From Ferroglobus placidus DSM 10642 (GTDB lineage Archaea; Halobacteriota; Archaeoglobi; Archaeoglobales; Archaeoglobaceae), in the NCBI RefSeq assembly GCF_000025505.1, contig NC_013849.1, positions 2,070,001 through 2,102,000 of the forward strand: a DNA stretch of 32,000 bases. Direction: 5' to 3'. Position numbers and translations under genes: made by a program. The notes under the pieces are model-generated. The model did no database searches. It was given only the letters and a program-made list of their open reading frames with translations, and had not been told where the DNA came from. Position 1 is the first letter of the stretch. The number at the start of each line of letters is the position of its first letter. Of the stretch, positions 17,282-27,089 are shown piece after piece.

Positions 17282-17654
17282 AATCTAAAACCTCTTTCGC
17301 AATTTTCAAAGCTCTTTCCGCCTCTATTTTATCCACGCTTTCCGAAGGTAATCCGTTTGCAGCATCTGGATATCTTGAGACGGTGTAGTATTTGTTTAAA
17401 ATGTAGAGCTGCTCTTCTATCTCCTTAGGCAAGTTAAAACCGCTTTTCTTTAATTCAGCGTATAGCTCAGTGACAGTATGAATTTTCGGCGGATCTTCTT
17501 TTTTAACAATGAAAAACATAGCCTTAAATGCCTTTTCTACAGCTTGCTGGGAGAAAAAAGCCGTTCTAAAGTACCTTGAGTTTTTAAAGAATAGTTCTGC
17601 GTCGTAAACGTCGTCTTCAGCAGCTTTCAGCCATAAAGCAACCTCCCTTCGCAT
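17241..17654 (-). CDS. HEPN-domain protein
   Basis: 137 aa: WLKAAEDDVYDAELFFKNSRYFRTAFFSQQAVEKAFKAMFFI...YYTVSRYPDAANGLPSESVDKIEAERAL. Confidence 0.92.
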   Translation of the reverse strand: MRREVALWLKAAEDDVYDAELFFKNSRYFRTAFFSQQAVEKAFKAMFFIVKKEDPPKIHTVTELYAELKKSGFNLPKEIEEQLYILNKYYTVSRYPDAANGLPSESVDKIEAERALKIAKEVLDYAKKFAEESNRSG

Positions 17655-17727
17655 TCAAAAGATAGTCTCATCTATTTGATTTAACATTTTCCGCAAAAAT
17701 TATAAAACCTCTCGAAGCCCAACTGCG

Positions 17728-18216
17728 GTGTTCTTTTCAGAAGTTTACGAGAGCTGGAGGGAAATACAGTACGAGAAGTACGAAGAAATACTGAAAAGAA
17801 TTGAAGCTAACGGCTTAAGCCTCGGAAAGTTCGTTCTCGATCTCGGTTCAGCTTCCGGCTTTCTGTACGATTTTCTGGCTGAAAGAGCTGCTGAAGTTGA
17901 GATAGTTGCACTGGACGTTGATAAAAAATCTCTGATGAAGAACTCTTCCGACCACAGAGTTATTGCCGACGGAGATAACCTCCCCTTCAAAAAAAGCGTA
18001 TTCGACAGTCTTTTCTGCGTCGATGTCGCTCATCTCCTCGACTATCTGGAATTTGACTGCATAAAAAAAGAAGGGACTATCGTTCTTGCTCTTCCAGCGA
18101 GACACAAAAACGTTTTCGAGGAAATTCTGAAGAATAAGAGAAATTGCGAACTCGTGGAAAAATTCGTAGTCAACGGCAGGGAAAAGGAGTTAGTGGCACT
18201 TTTGAAAAAGCTATAA
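17728..18216 (+). CDS. Small SAM-dependent methyltransferase (class I)
   Basis: FVLDLGSASGFLYDFLAERAAEVEIVALDVDKKSL...VIADGDNLPFKKSVFDSLFCVDV. GTG start, with ttataaa about 25 nt upstream. Confidence 0.75.
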   Translation: MFFSEVYESWREIQYEKYEEILKRIEANGLSLGKFVLDLGSASGFLYDFLAERAAEVEIVALDVDKKSLMKNSSDHRVIADGDNLPFKKSVFDSLFCVDVAHLLDYLEFDCIKKEGTIVLALPARHKNVFEEILKNKRNCELVEKFVVNGREKELVALLKKL

Positions 18217-18245
18217 CAGTAAAATTTAAATCCAAATTTCCGAAG

Positions 18246-20771
18246 ATGTTTGCCATGTCTCAAAAGCTTGAAAGGTACTGGCACGTTCCGTTTATTCTCC
18301 TCGCGATTATTCTCGCTCTCTACATAAGAATCGTAAATCCTTGGAATCTTGTATTCGTTCCTTGGATGGAAGGGGCAAGGCTGAGCGGGAACGACCCCTG
18401 GTATTACTTTAGACTCGTTGAAAGCACCATACACAACTTTCCGAACAGGATTTGGTTTGACGCTTTTACACATTACCCCTACGGCACCTACACGCACTTT
18501 GGCCCCTTCTTAACTTATCTGAGCGCTTTTGCAGCAATGATCGCCGGAGCATCGTCTTCGGCTGAGATTAGAACTGTCATAGCTTTCATCCCAGCAATCG
18601 GAGGAGCTTTGTTAGCTTTGCCAACGTATCTACTAACGAAAGAAGTCTTCGGAAAAAAAGCTGGAGTCATCGCTTCCATTTTAGTCGTTCTGATTCCGGG
18701 ACAGCTGATGGCAAGGAGCGTATTAAGTTTCAACGATCATCACATATGGGAAGTTTTTTGGCAAATTGCAGCTCTCGGAACGTTTATTCTGGCTTACAAC
18801 AGATGGAAGAGCAGAGATTACGGAGAAAATATAAAAGACAATAAGCAGCTGGCCTATCCTATCCTTGCGGGTATTTGCATGGGGTTGTATATACTGGCGT
18901 GGGGACCCGGATTCATCTCAGCTCTTCTCATTCTCGTATTCGTCTTTTTCGCATTTCTGTTAAAGGACTTCTTCAAAATAGATACGAAAAGTCTGGCATT
19001 TGTTTCGGTAATCGCTTTTCTCGTTGCAGCTGTGATTTATCTTCCATTCTCTTTCAAAGCGCCCGGGCTTAGCACTACACGTTATACCGCATTTCAACTT
19101 CTTGTTCTGATCGGCTCAGCTTTAATCGTTAGCCTATTCTATTTTGTCGAAAAATTCGTTGAAAGCAAGATAGACAAAAGGTATGCATTTCAGATCATTA
19201 TTCTGTTGCTATCAGCAACTCTTACAGCGATTGCCTTTATCATCGCTCCGGATTTCGCGAGAAATTTGCAATACATTTTCAGAGTCGTTCAGCCGAAAGG
19301 AGGAGCTTTAACGATAGCGGAAGTCCAGCCATTCTTCTCTCTCGGAGGAAAGTTCAGCTTGACACCAGCGTGGCAGAACTTCAGCGTTACTTTCTTCTTC
19401 GCAATCCCAGCAATGGTGTACTACCTTTATAGACTCGTAAAGACGAGAGACGAAAGATTGCTCTTCATACTGATCTGGGGCTTCGCAATGCTTGTTGCCT
19501 TAGCCGGTCAGAACAGATTCGCCTATTATTTCGGAGTAGTTTCGGCAGTTTTCGCAGCTGCAATAGCTGACAAAATTCTCGAAAAGCTGAGCTTTTACGA
19601 CTACATTTCAGCTGCTGTTAAGAATGATGAGAAAACGATGAAGAAGATAGGAGCGAGTAAAGTTATAGCCGGAGCGCTCGTTCTTGCAGTTTTAATATAC
19701 CCGACGTTCTCTCAAGCTAACTTCTACAGCAAGTATTCAGCTGGAGGTATAAACAAGCAGTGGTATGATGCACTAATTTGGATGCGGGAAAACACTCCGG
19801 GAAAGGAGATGTACGATAAGTTCTACTACGAACTCTACAAACCTCCAGAAAATCCGAGGGAAAGGTATCCTTACTATCCCGAGGGAGTCTACAGTGTTAT
19901 GAGCTGGTGGGACTACGGGCACTGGATCACGGCAATAGCTCACAGAATCCCCGTTGCCAACCCTTTCCAGCAAGGAATAGGGAACAAGTACAACAACGTT
20001 CCCGGAGCAGCACCTTTCTTCACAGCTCTAAACGAAAGCTACGCAAATAGCATAGCGGAAAAGCTTGATGTTAAATATGTCGTGAGCGATGTGGAAATGG
20101 CTACCGGAAAGTTTTACGCCATGGCAGTTTGGGCTGAGGGGACTCTCGAAAAAGGGTGGAGAACTTATTACGCCGGAACTGGCATAATCTACCACGATCT
20201 GAGAGGAAACATAGGCATCTCCCTCTCCCCAAGACTTCCTCCGGGAGTGACTCCTATGGGAACTATAAGCGTTCCGAACGAAAACTACTACAAGACTATG
20301 GAAGCCAAGTTCCACATCTTCGACGGAATCGGATTAAAGCACTACAGAATGGTATACGAAAGCGAATCTTCAGCCGGAACTTTTCCCGGGATTCAAGAAC
20401 TTTTCTATCGAAAAAGATTCAACAGCATCTACTCTAAGAGCTTCGGCTTCAAAGTGAATGAAACGTCCACGGGCTACGTCAAAGTTTTCGAATACGTGAA
20501 AGGTGCAATTGTGAAAGGAAAAGCTTCTGGAGACTACGTTGTTGCTAAAGTGAAAATAAAAACGAATCAAGGGAGAGTTTTCGAGTACGTTCAGAGAGTT
20601 AAAGTTGAAAACGGAGAATACGAGCTCGTATTACCTTACGCTCAGGAAACAAAATATCCGGTGAAGCCGATAGAAGATTACAGAATAGAAAGCGGAGGTG
20701 TCGTGAAAACGCTGAAGCTGAGCGATGAGGAGTTGGAGAAGGGAGAGGTAATCCAGCTCGATCTGATTTAG
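18246..20771 (+). CDS. aglB: Oligosaccharyl transferase catalytic subunit (STT3/AglB)
   Basis: Long multi-TM ORF with MSWWDYGHWITAIAHRIPVANPFQQG (WWDYG motif) and a LARLSGNDPWYYFRLVE-type acidic loop (ARLSGNDPWYY). The supplied start 18144 overlaps the upstream gene; ATG 18246 or 18255 is more plausible. Confidence 0.93.
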   Translation: MFAMSQKLERYWHVPFILLAIILALYIRIVNPWNLVFVPWMEGARLSGNDPWYYFRLVESTIHNFPNRIWFDAFTHYPYGTYTHFGPFLTYLSAFAAMIAGASSSAEIRTVIAFIPAIGGALLALPTYLLTKEVFGKKAGVIASILVVLIPGQLMARSVLSFNDHHIWEVFWQIAALGTFILAYNRWKSRDYGENIKDNKQLAYPILAGICMGLYILAWGPGFISALLILVFVFFAFLLKDFFKIDTKSLAFVSVIAFLVAAVIYLPFSFKAPGLSTTRYTAFQLLVLIGSALIVSLFYFVEKFVESKIDKRYAFQIIILLLSATLTAIAFIIAPDFARNLQYIFRVVQPKGGALTIAEVQPFFSLGGKFSLTPAWQNFSVTFFFAIPAMVYYLYRLVKTRDERLLFILIWGFAMLVALAGQNRFAYYFGVVSAVFAAAIADKILEKLSFYDYISAAVKNDEKTMKKIGASKVIAGALVLAVLIYPTFSQANFYSKYSAGGINKQWYDALIWMRENTPGKEMYDKFYYELYKPPENPRERYPYYPEGVYSVMSWWDYGHWITAIAHRIPVANPFQQGIGNKYNNVPGAAPFFTALNESYANSIAEKLDVKYVVSDVEMATGKFYAMAVWAEGTLEKGWRTYYAGTGIIYHDLRGNIGISLSPRLPPGVTPMGTISVPNENYYKTMEAKFHIFDGIGLKHYRMVYESESSAGTFPGIQELFYRKRFNSIYSKSFGFKVNETSTGYVKVFEYVKGAIVKGKASGDYVVAKVKIKTNQGRVFEYVQRVKVENGEYELVLPYAQETKYPVKPIEDYRIESGGVVKTLKLSDEELEKGEVIQLDLI

Positions 20772-20814
20772 AGTAGTAAAGTATAATTAAGCTTTACGAC
20801 AACTAACTTTTCGA

Positions 20815-21303
20815 ATGGAAAACGTTCATCTGAATCTTGCGAGAAAACTCGTGGATCTTTTGAAAAGAAAGTTCCGTGAAAGACTAATCTCTGTGGCTGT
20901 ATTTGGATCTGTGGCAAGGGGAGAAGCGAGAAAGGACAGCGACATAGACGTTTTGGTAGTAATCGAAAATCCTCCTAAAAGTAGAATTAGGAGGCAGCTC
21001 GAATTTGCAGAAGCCGAAAAGGATTTGGAAAATCTAAAAGATGAGCTGATCGACAAAGGTTATTTCATCGACTTCTCGCCGTTAATTCTTTCTCCGGAAG
21101 AGGTGAAAAATCATCCGCCAATTCTTCTCGACATGGTCGAGGATGCTATAATCCTTTACGACAAGAACGATTTTCTCAGAAAAACCCTTGAAAATTTAAA
21201 GGAGAAACTTCGAAAGCTCGGAGCAAAAAGGGTGAGAATTGGCAAAAGATGGTACTGGATCCTAAAGCCGGACTACAAGTTCGGAGAGGTGATAGAGATT
21301 TGA
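20815..21303 (+). CDS. Nucleotidyltransferase-domain protein (MNT, larger variant)
   Basis: 162 aa with SVAVFGSVARGEARKDSDIDVLVVIENPP. Confidence 0.9.
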   Translation: MENVHLNLARKLVDLLKRKFRERLISVAVFGSVARGEARKDSDIDVLVVIENPPKSRIRRQLEFAEAEKDLENLKDELIDKGYFIDFSPLILSPEEVKNHPPILLDMVEDAIILYDKNDFLRKTLENLKEKLRKLGAKRVRIGKRWYWILKPDYKFGEVIEI

Positions 21304-21314
21304 ACAGTCTTTCG

Positions 21315-21746
21315 ATGGCTAAAGCTTACATTAGACAGGCTGAGGAAAGGAAGAAACACGCTGAAGAAGCTTTCGAAAGCGGGAATTACCCTTACGTAAT
21401 AAGGCAGTGTCAAGAAGCGGTTGAGCTGTCTTTGAAAGCGGCTCTGAGGATTGTAGGGATAGAGCCGCCCAAACTTCACGATGTCGGTCCAATACTCAGA
21501 AAAAACAAGGATTTGTTTCCCGAATGGTTTAGAGAGAATGTTGATAAAATGGCGTCTATTTCGAGAACTTTGAGAAGGGAAAGGGAAACGAGCATGTACG
21601 GAGATGAAGAATTGTCTTTACCTCCGGAAGAAATTTACTCTAAAGAGGATGCTAAAATGGCTTTGGAAGGTTGCAACTTCGTCCTAAAAAATTGTAAAAA
21701 ACTCTTGGAAGAATTCATTCAAAATACTTCTTCGCAAAATCCTTAA
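21315..21746 (+). CDS. HEPN-domain protein
   Basis: MAKAYIRQAEERKKHAEEAFESGNYPYVIRQCQEAVELSLKAALRIVGIEPPKLHDVG. The supplied start 21249 adds an unlikely N-terminus. Confidence 0.87.
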   Translation: MAKAYIRQAEERKKHAEEAFESGNYPYVIRQCQEAVELSLKAALRIVGIEPPKLHDVGPILRKNKDLFPEWFRENVDKMASISRTLRRERETSMYGDEELSLPPEEIYSKEDAKMALEGCNFVLKNCKKLLEEFIQNTSSQNP

Positions 21747-23067
21747 CGCTCTCGACAACTCTATCAATTCTCTCTAAAGCAGTGCCGAGATAATTTTCCG
21801 GCTTTATCAATTCCTCTATTTCCTCCTCGCTGAAAAACCTCCTTATCGTCTCGTCTTCGAGTAAAACCTCTTTGAGATGCTTGTCCTCTTCGTAAGCTTT
21901 CATCGATAGTTTTCTCAGCAACTCGTGGGCTTGCTGTCTGCTCATACCCTTCTTAGTCAGGGCAATCATCACTGCTTCGCTCATGTTCAAGCCACGCTGC
22001 CTCTCCAAATTTTCCCTCACAGCTTTCTCATCAATTCCCAGTTCTTCTACAACTTTGATAGTCTTTGTGAGAATGTGATCGAGAAGAACTGTGGCTTCGA
22101 CCAGAATAATTCTCTCCGCTGACGAGTTCGTTAGATCCCTCTCTTCCCAGAGGATGGAACTCTGATATTGCGGCTCGACGAAGCCTCTTATAACCCTCGC
22201 CAATCCGCAGATTTGCTCGCTGTCTATCGGATTTCTTTTGTGGGGCATAGTAGAGCTTCCCACTTGCTTTTCCTTCTCGAACCTTTCGAAGACTTCAGCA
22301 GTTTCGGCTCTCTGCAGAAGTCTTATGTTCGTAGCTATTTTTTCGAGAGTTGCCGCAACGATGGCTAAAAAGCTGACGTATTCGCAGTAAATGTCCCTCG
22401 GAATTACCTGGCTGCTTATCTCAGCTGGTTTTAGATTGAGGAGTCTCATAACTTCTTCTTCAATTTTAAGCCCTTCCTTTCCGAAAGCGGCTTGCGTTCC
22501 GACAGCTCCGCTCATCTGCCCGACTAAAATTCTCTTCTTCATCTCTTCCAGCCTCTCTAAATGCCTCTTTACTTCGCTCGCCCACAGAGCGAATCTGAAG
22601 CCGTAGGTTGTTGGCAAAGCAGCCTGCCCGTGGGTTCTTCCCAAACAAACGAGGTCTCTATACTTCTCAGCTTTTTCCGCAAGCTTCAAAGCGAGTTTCG
22701 CAAGTTTAATCTCAAGTATTTTTATCGAATCTCTCAGCTGGGTTGCTACAGCCGTATCTATTATGTCGTTGGAAGTCGCTCCGAAGTGAATCCACCTGTC
22801 GTCTTCAGCCACCTCCGCTATAGCTCTAACCAAAGCCATAACGTCGTGCTTTATCTCAGCCTCGATCTCCTTCACTCTCTCAGGAGTTATTTTCCTCGCT
22901 TTTTCTGCAGTTCTCCTCACAGAATCTTCGCTTAAGTAACCAAGTTTGGCGAGGGCTTTAAGAAGAGCGATCTCAACCCTTATCATCCTCTTTATTCTGC
23001 TTTCCTCGCTCCAGATTCTCTTCATTTCTTCCGTTCCGTATCTGTAATCTATCGGATGAACTATCAT
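21715..23067 (-). CDS. purB: Adenylosuccinate lyase
   Basis: 450 aa with VGSSTMPHKRNPIDSEQICGLARVIRG, FGATSNDIIDTA, LGRTHGQAALPTTYGFRFALW. Confidence 0.97.
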   Translation of the reverse strand: MIVHPIDYRYGTEEMKRIWSEESRIKRMIRVEIALLKALAKLGYLSEDSVRRTAEKARKITPERVKEIEAEIKHDVMALVRAIAEVAEDDRWIHFGATSNDIIDTAVATQLRDSIKILEIKLAKLALKLAEKAEKYRDLVCLGRTHGQAALPTTYGFRFALWASEVKRHLERLEEMKKRILVGQMSGAVGTQAAFGKEGLKIEEEVMRLLNLKPAEISSQVIPRDIYCEYVSFLAIVAATLEKIATNIRLLQRAETAEVFERFEKEKQVGSSTMPHKRNPIDSEQICGLARVIRGFVEPQYQSSILWEERDLTNSSAERIILVEATVLLDHILTKTIKVVEELGIDEKAVRENLERQRGLNMSEAVMIALTKKGMSRQQAHELLRKLSMKAYEEDKHLKEVLLEDETIRRFFSEEEIEELIKPENYLGTALERIDRVVESVKDFAKKYFE

Positions 23068-23185
23068 CTGAGAGAAAACGTTAACGAGAATTTAAAATGT
23101 TTAGGTTAAGCATCAAAAATTCCTCAGTGAAAATCAAGAGCGATAAACTCTGACACGCTTTCGAAATGCTTCTTGAAGGTGAAAG

Positions 23186-23194
23186 TTTTATATA
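23186..23194 (+). promoter_or_regulatory. TATA element of the EF-1alpha gene
   Basis: ttttatata, about 39-47 nt upstream of the ATG at 23233, followed by the Shine-Dalgarno-like gggaggtgg. Confidence 0.7.
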
Positions 23195-23232
23195 CCCTCC
23201 AGCAATTAGCTCAAGAAAGGGAGGTGGATAGA

Positions 23233-24504
23233 ATGGCAAGGGAGAAGGAGCACATTAACGTGGCTATGATCGGACACGTCGACCACGGTAAGTCGACGTT
23301 AATTGGAAGGCTGCTTTACGATGCTGGAGAAATTCCGGAGCACCTGATCGAAAAATACAGAAAGGAGGCTCAGGAGAAAGGTAAAGCAACTTTCGAGTTC
23401 GCTTGGGTAATGGACAAGCTGAAGGAGGAGAGGGAAAGAGGTATTACGATCGACGTAGCTCACAGAAAGTTCGAGACCGACAAGTACATTGTTACGATCG
23501 TCGACTGCCCCGGGCACAGGGACTTCATAAAGAACATGATCACCGGAGCTTCCCAAGCTGACGCTGCCATCCTCGTCGTTGACGTCGTAGACTGCGTACA
23601 GGCTCAGACTAAGGAGCACGTATTCCTTGCGAGAACTCTCGGAATTAACCAGCTGATAGTGGCTATCAACAAGATGGACAGGGTAAACTACGATCAGAAG
23701 GCTTTCGAGAAGTGTAAGGAGGCTGTTGCTAAGCTGATAAAGCTTGTAGGTTACAAGCCGGAAGAAGTGCCTTTCATTCCGGTCTCAGCCTACTACGGAG
23801 ACAACGTTTTCAAGAAGAGCGACAAAATGCCGTGGTACAACGGTCCGACCATAAGAGAGGCTTTGGACTTGCTGAAGCCACCGGAGAAGCTGATCGACAA
23901 GCCGCTGAGAATTCCGATTCAGGATGTCTACTCAATCAGCGGTGTCGGAACAGTGCCGGTGGGAAGAGTTGAGAGCGGAGTGCTCAGAGTTGGAGACAAG
24001 GTAATCTTCGAACCGCCGGGCGTTGTAGGAGAAGTTAAGAGCATTGAAATGCACCACGAGCCAATCAAGGAGGCTTATCCTGGAGACAACATCGGATTCA
24101 ACGTGAGAGGAGTCAGCAAGAACGACATAAGGAGAGGAGATGTCGCTGGACATCCGGACAACCCGCCGACTGTGGCAAGAGACTTCACAGCTCAGATCGT
24201 AGTCTTGCAGCATCCAACGGCAATAACAGTCGGATACACTCCAGTCGTTCACGCCCACACAGCTCAAGTGGCTTGCAGATTCGTAGAGTTGCAGAAGAAG
24301 ATCGATCCGAGGACTGGAGCTGTAAAGGAGGAGAACCCGCAGTTCCTCAAGACTGGAGACGCTGCGGTTGTCAAACTTGAGCCAACGAGACCGATGGTAA
24401 TAGAGAGAGTGAAGGACATCCCACCGCTCGGCAGGTTTGCTGTGAGAGACATGGGAATGACTGTGGCAGCGGGAATGGTTCTCGACGTAACTCCGAGGAA
24501 GTAA
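23233..24504 (+). CDS. tuf: Translation elongation factor 1-alpha
   Basis: [42 protein letters not shown]; [26 protein letters not shown]; NKMD. The start at 23173 adds 20 residues that do not fit the family. Confidence 0.97.
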   Translation: MAREKEHINVAMIGHVDHGKSTLIGRLLYDAGEIPEHLIEKYRKEAQEKGKATFEFAWVMDKLKEERERGITIDVAHRKFETDKYIVTIVDCPGHRDFIKNMITGASQADAAILVVDVVDCVQAQTKEHVFLARTLGINQLIVAINKMDRVNYDQKAFEKCKEAVAKLIKLVGYKPEEVPFIPVSAYYGDNVFKKSDKMPWYNGPTIREALDLLKPPEKLIDKPLRIPIQDVYSISGVGTVPVGRVESGVLRVGDKVIFEPPGVVGEVKSIEMHHEPIKEAYPGDNIGFNVRGVSKNDIRRGDVAGHPDNPPTVARDFTAQIVVLQHPTAITVGYTPVVHAHTAQVACRFVELQKKIDPRTGAVKEENPQFLKTGDAAVVKLEPTRPMVIERVKDIPPLGRFAVRDMGMTVAAGMVLDVTPRK

Positions 24505-24538
24505 TTCCCTTAATTTTTATTTTGTTTGGGTGTTTGAT

Positions 24539-24859
24539 ATGGCTATTAAAGGCTACAAAGCAAGAATCAGACTTTCGGGTTTGAATCCTAAGGATCTCGA
24601 CAGAATATGCAGGCAGATAAGAGAGATAGCGGAGAAGATGGGGGTCGAAATTTCTGGACCCATTCCGCTACCGACGAAAAGGTTAGTAGTTCCAGTGAGA
24701 AAATCGCCGGACGGAGAGGGAAGTGAAACGTGGGACCACTGGGAGATGAGAATTCACAAGAGGTTAATTGACATTGCAGCTGACGAGAGAGCTTTAAGGC
24801 AGATAATGAGAATTCAGATTCCTAAGGACGTGAACATCGAGATCGTGCTCGAAAGCTAA
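24539..24859 (+). CDS. rps10: 30S ribosomal protein S10
   Basis: [79 protein letters not shown]. Confidence 0.97.
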   Translation: MAIKGYKARIRLSGLNPKDLDRICRQIREIAEKMGVEISGPIPLPTKRLVVPVRKSPDGEGSETWDHWEMRIHKRLIDIAADERALRQIMRIQIPKDVNIEIVLES

Positions 24860-25768
24860 ATGTTTTTGAAAGTTACTTTTCTCGGAACTTCTGGGACAGT
24901 TCCGAGTGTCGATAGAAACACTTCTTCTATCCTCCTTAACTACTCCGGCTGTAAAATTCTCTTCGATTGCGGGGAAGGTACTCAGAGACAGATGATGAAA
25001 GCGAAAACCGGATTCAACATAGAGGCGATATTCATAACTCACCTCCACACAGATCATTTCATCGGCGTCTTTGGTTTGCTCGAAACGATGTCTCTCAACA
25101 GCAGAGAGAAACCTCTTTCGATATACACTCCTAACTCTAAATTCTTGAGAAAGCTTTTCAGAGAATTCGGCTACCACAACTTGGGGTTTCCGGTTAGGGT
25201 TGTCGGTTTGAGGGATGGAGATTTCGTTAGGTTTGAGAACTTCAAAGTTCTGGCTTTTAAAACCGATCACATAGTTGAAAGCTTGGGCTACGCTTTCGTA
25301 GAGGATGAGAGGAGGGGAAAGTTCAACGTGGAAAAAGCGAGAGAGCTTGGAATTCCTCCGGGGCCTCTTTACTCGAAGCTCGCGAGGGGAGAGGCAATTG
25401 AGTTCGGAGAGAAGATAATAACACCGGACATGGTTTTAGGGGAAAAAAGACCGGGGTGGAAAGTAGTTTATACCGGCGATACTGCTCCGGTGGAAAAGCT
25501 TGTGGAAATCGCTAAGAACGCCGACTTGCTTATACACGACGCAGCCTTCACTTCGGAGCTCGATGACTGGGCTAAAGAGACGAAACACTCAACAGCGAGA
25601 GATGCGGCTGAGATTGCGAAAAAAGCTAACGTGAAAAAGCTCGTTTTAACGCACATAAGTGCGCGCTACTCCAAAGAGCCGGAAAAACTTCTCGAAGAGG
25701 CTAAGAAAATTTTTGAAAATGTGGTTGTTGCCGAAGACTTCATGGAAATTGAGTTAGAGAGGGATTAA
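24860..25768 (+). CDS. rnz: Ribonuclease Z (tRNase Z)
   Basis: LKVTFLGTSGTVPSVDRNTSSILLNYSGCKILFDCGEGTQRQMM, FITHLHTDHFIGVFGLLETM, VYTGDTAP, LVLTHISARY. Confidence 0.96.
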   Translation: MFLKVTFLGTSGTVPSVDRNTSSILLNYSGCKILFDCGEGTQRQMMKAKTGFNIEAIFITHLHTDHFIGVFGLLETMSLNSREKPLSIYTPNSKFLRKLFREFGYHNLGFPVRVVGLRDGDFVRFENFKVLAFKTDHIVESLGYAFVEDERRGKFNVEKARELGIPPGPLYSKLARGEAIEFGEKIITPDMVLGEKRPGWKVVYTGDTAPVEKLVEIAKNADLLIHDAAFTSELDDWAKETKHSTARDAAEIAKKANVKKLVLTHISARYSKEPEKLLEEAKKIFENVVVAEDFMEIELERD

Positions 25769-26386
25769 TCTCGCGAGGAGAGCTACTATTTTCGAATAAA
25801 TTCCAAAAGCGAAGAGAAAGGCGTAGAGCACGACTATTATTCCGGCTGCTTTTCTTATTTTGTCCTCGTATCTTGCTATTTTTCCGTAAGATATTTTCTC
25901 AGAAAAAAGAGCCACGAAGGAAAGGGTTAAAGCTAAGCCTATCCCAAAGCTTAACATTATCGAAGCTCCCTTCTCGCTCCCGGATAAAGCTGCGTAGCTC
26001 AACAAAGCTCCGACGAAGGGACCTATGCAAGGAGACCAAACCAGACCGAGGGAGAAACCGAGGAGGAGCGGAGAGGTTACGTTGGAGAATTTTCCGGATA
26101 TTCTGCTAACGAGAATGACATACTTTTCGTAGACCTTATTCTCAAGAAGTATAACGCCGAAGAGTAGGAGGAGAGCAGATGCTACTACTCTCGTGAGAAG
26201 GTAGTTGGAGAAAATTCCCGCAAAGTAGCCGAGGATAACGAAAGTTGCCACCATCGTGAAAACTATCAGGAAAACTTCCTTCCAAGAGAATCGGCTTGCA
26301 GAGAAAATGACTGGAATTAAAGGAAGAACGCAAGGAGAGATTACGGAAACTACTCCGGCTAAAAAAGCTAAAGCAAACTCGATCAT
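25754..26386 (-). CDS. Cytochrome c biogenesis (CcdA/DsbD-type) transmembrane protein
   Basis: 210 aa: FALAFLAGVVSVISPCVLPLIPVIF...LLGFSLGLVWSPCIGPFVGALLSYAA. Paired cysteines in TM segments. Confidence 0.88.
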   Translation of the reverse strand: MIEFALAFLAGVVSVISPCVLPLIPVIFSASRFSWKEVFLIVFTMVATFVILGYFAGIFSNYLLTRVVASALLLLFGVILLENKVYEKYVILVSRISGKFSNVTSPLLLGFSLGLVWSPCIGPFVGALLSYAALSGSEKGASIMLSFGIGLALTLSFVALFSEKISYGKIARYEDKIRKAAGIIVVLYAFLFAFGIYSKIVALLARLIPL

Positions 26387-27027
26387 ATCTTCAGCTTTCT
26401 TCTGATATACGCGTCGATAACATCTGGAAGTTCTATTCCGTTTTCCGTTATTTCAAACTCGCTCATATCAACTGGAATGTATTCCGAAGCTCTTATAATT
26501 TTCAAAAACCTTTTCACCTTTCCGTCAACCCACTGCCTTTCCAACTCTATAATGTCTGAGAAGATCAAGCTGACGGAAGTTTCGGTGTGAATGTCGTGAG
26601 CGTTCTTAACGAGGGTGAAAATCCCGCTGCTGTTTTCACTTTCTACTCTAACCACTATGTTTCTGAGGAAGTGTATAAGCTTCTGGGGAGGGTGATAAAG
26701 GAGCAAACCGGAAATCGAGTCGAAGGCTAAGAAGTAATTACTTTTTAAGTTGTCGAGGGCTTTGCCTATCGCCAAGCTCACCTCGTTGAGGTTGAGAGGA
26801 TTAGAGACGATTAAATCCTTGTTTGTGTGGGTCGGTCTTCTTTGCCAGGTGTGAGTGTCGACTATCCACAAATCTATTCCTTTAAACGTTGATTCAACTT
26901 CTTTTCTGACGATATCAGCGCTTTTCGTCGTAGTAATCCAGAGGGCTTTATCAAATTCTCCAAGATACTTATAAATTAACCTCGTTTTTCCGGTTCCCGG
27001 TTCCCCTATGATGAGTATTGTGGACAT
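26383..27027 (-). CDS. RecA/KaiC-like P-loop ATPase
   Basis: MSTILIIGEPGTGKTRLIYKYLGEFDKALWITTTKSADIV...YFLAFDSISGLLLYHPPQKLIHFLRNIVVRVESENSSGIFTLVKNAHD. 4-nt overlap with the CcdA-like gene. Confidence 0.7.
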   Translation of the reverse strand: MSTILIIGEPGTGKTRLIYKYLGEFDKALWITTTKSADIVRKEVESTFKGIDLWIVDTHTWQRRPTHTNKDLIVSNPLNLNEVSLAIGKALDNLKSNYFLAFDSISGLLLYHPPQKLIHFLRNIVVRVESENSSGIFTLVKNAHDIHTETSVSLIFSDIIELERQWVDGKVKRFLKIIRASEYIPVDMSEFEITENGIELPDVIDAYIRRKLKI

Positions 27028-27089
27028 TACATCAACCTCACGTTAATTTTTTCTTTGCTTGTTAATAAATTTTTCTTTCCATATCGTAA

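Noticed and set aside
18042-18497. 151-aa minus-strand ORF
   Set aside because: Antisense to the methyltransferase and aglB, with no recognisable motif.
23299-24452. Minus-strand ORFs of 62-111 aa
   Set aside because: Antisense to EF-1alpha. Strong codon bias produces mirror ORFs.
24794-25270. 158-aa minus-strand ORF
   Set aside because: Antisense to S10 and RNase Z, both strongly supported.
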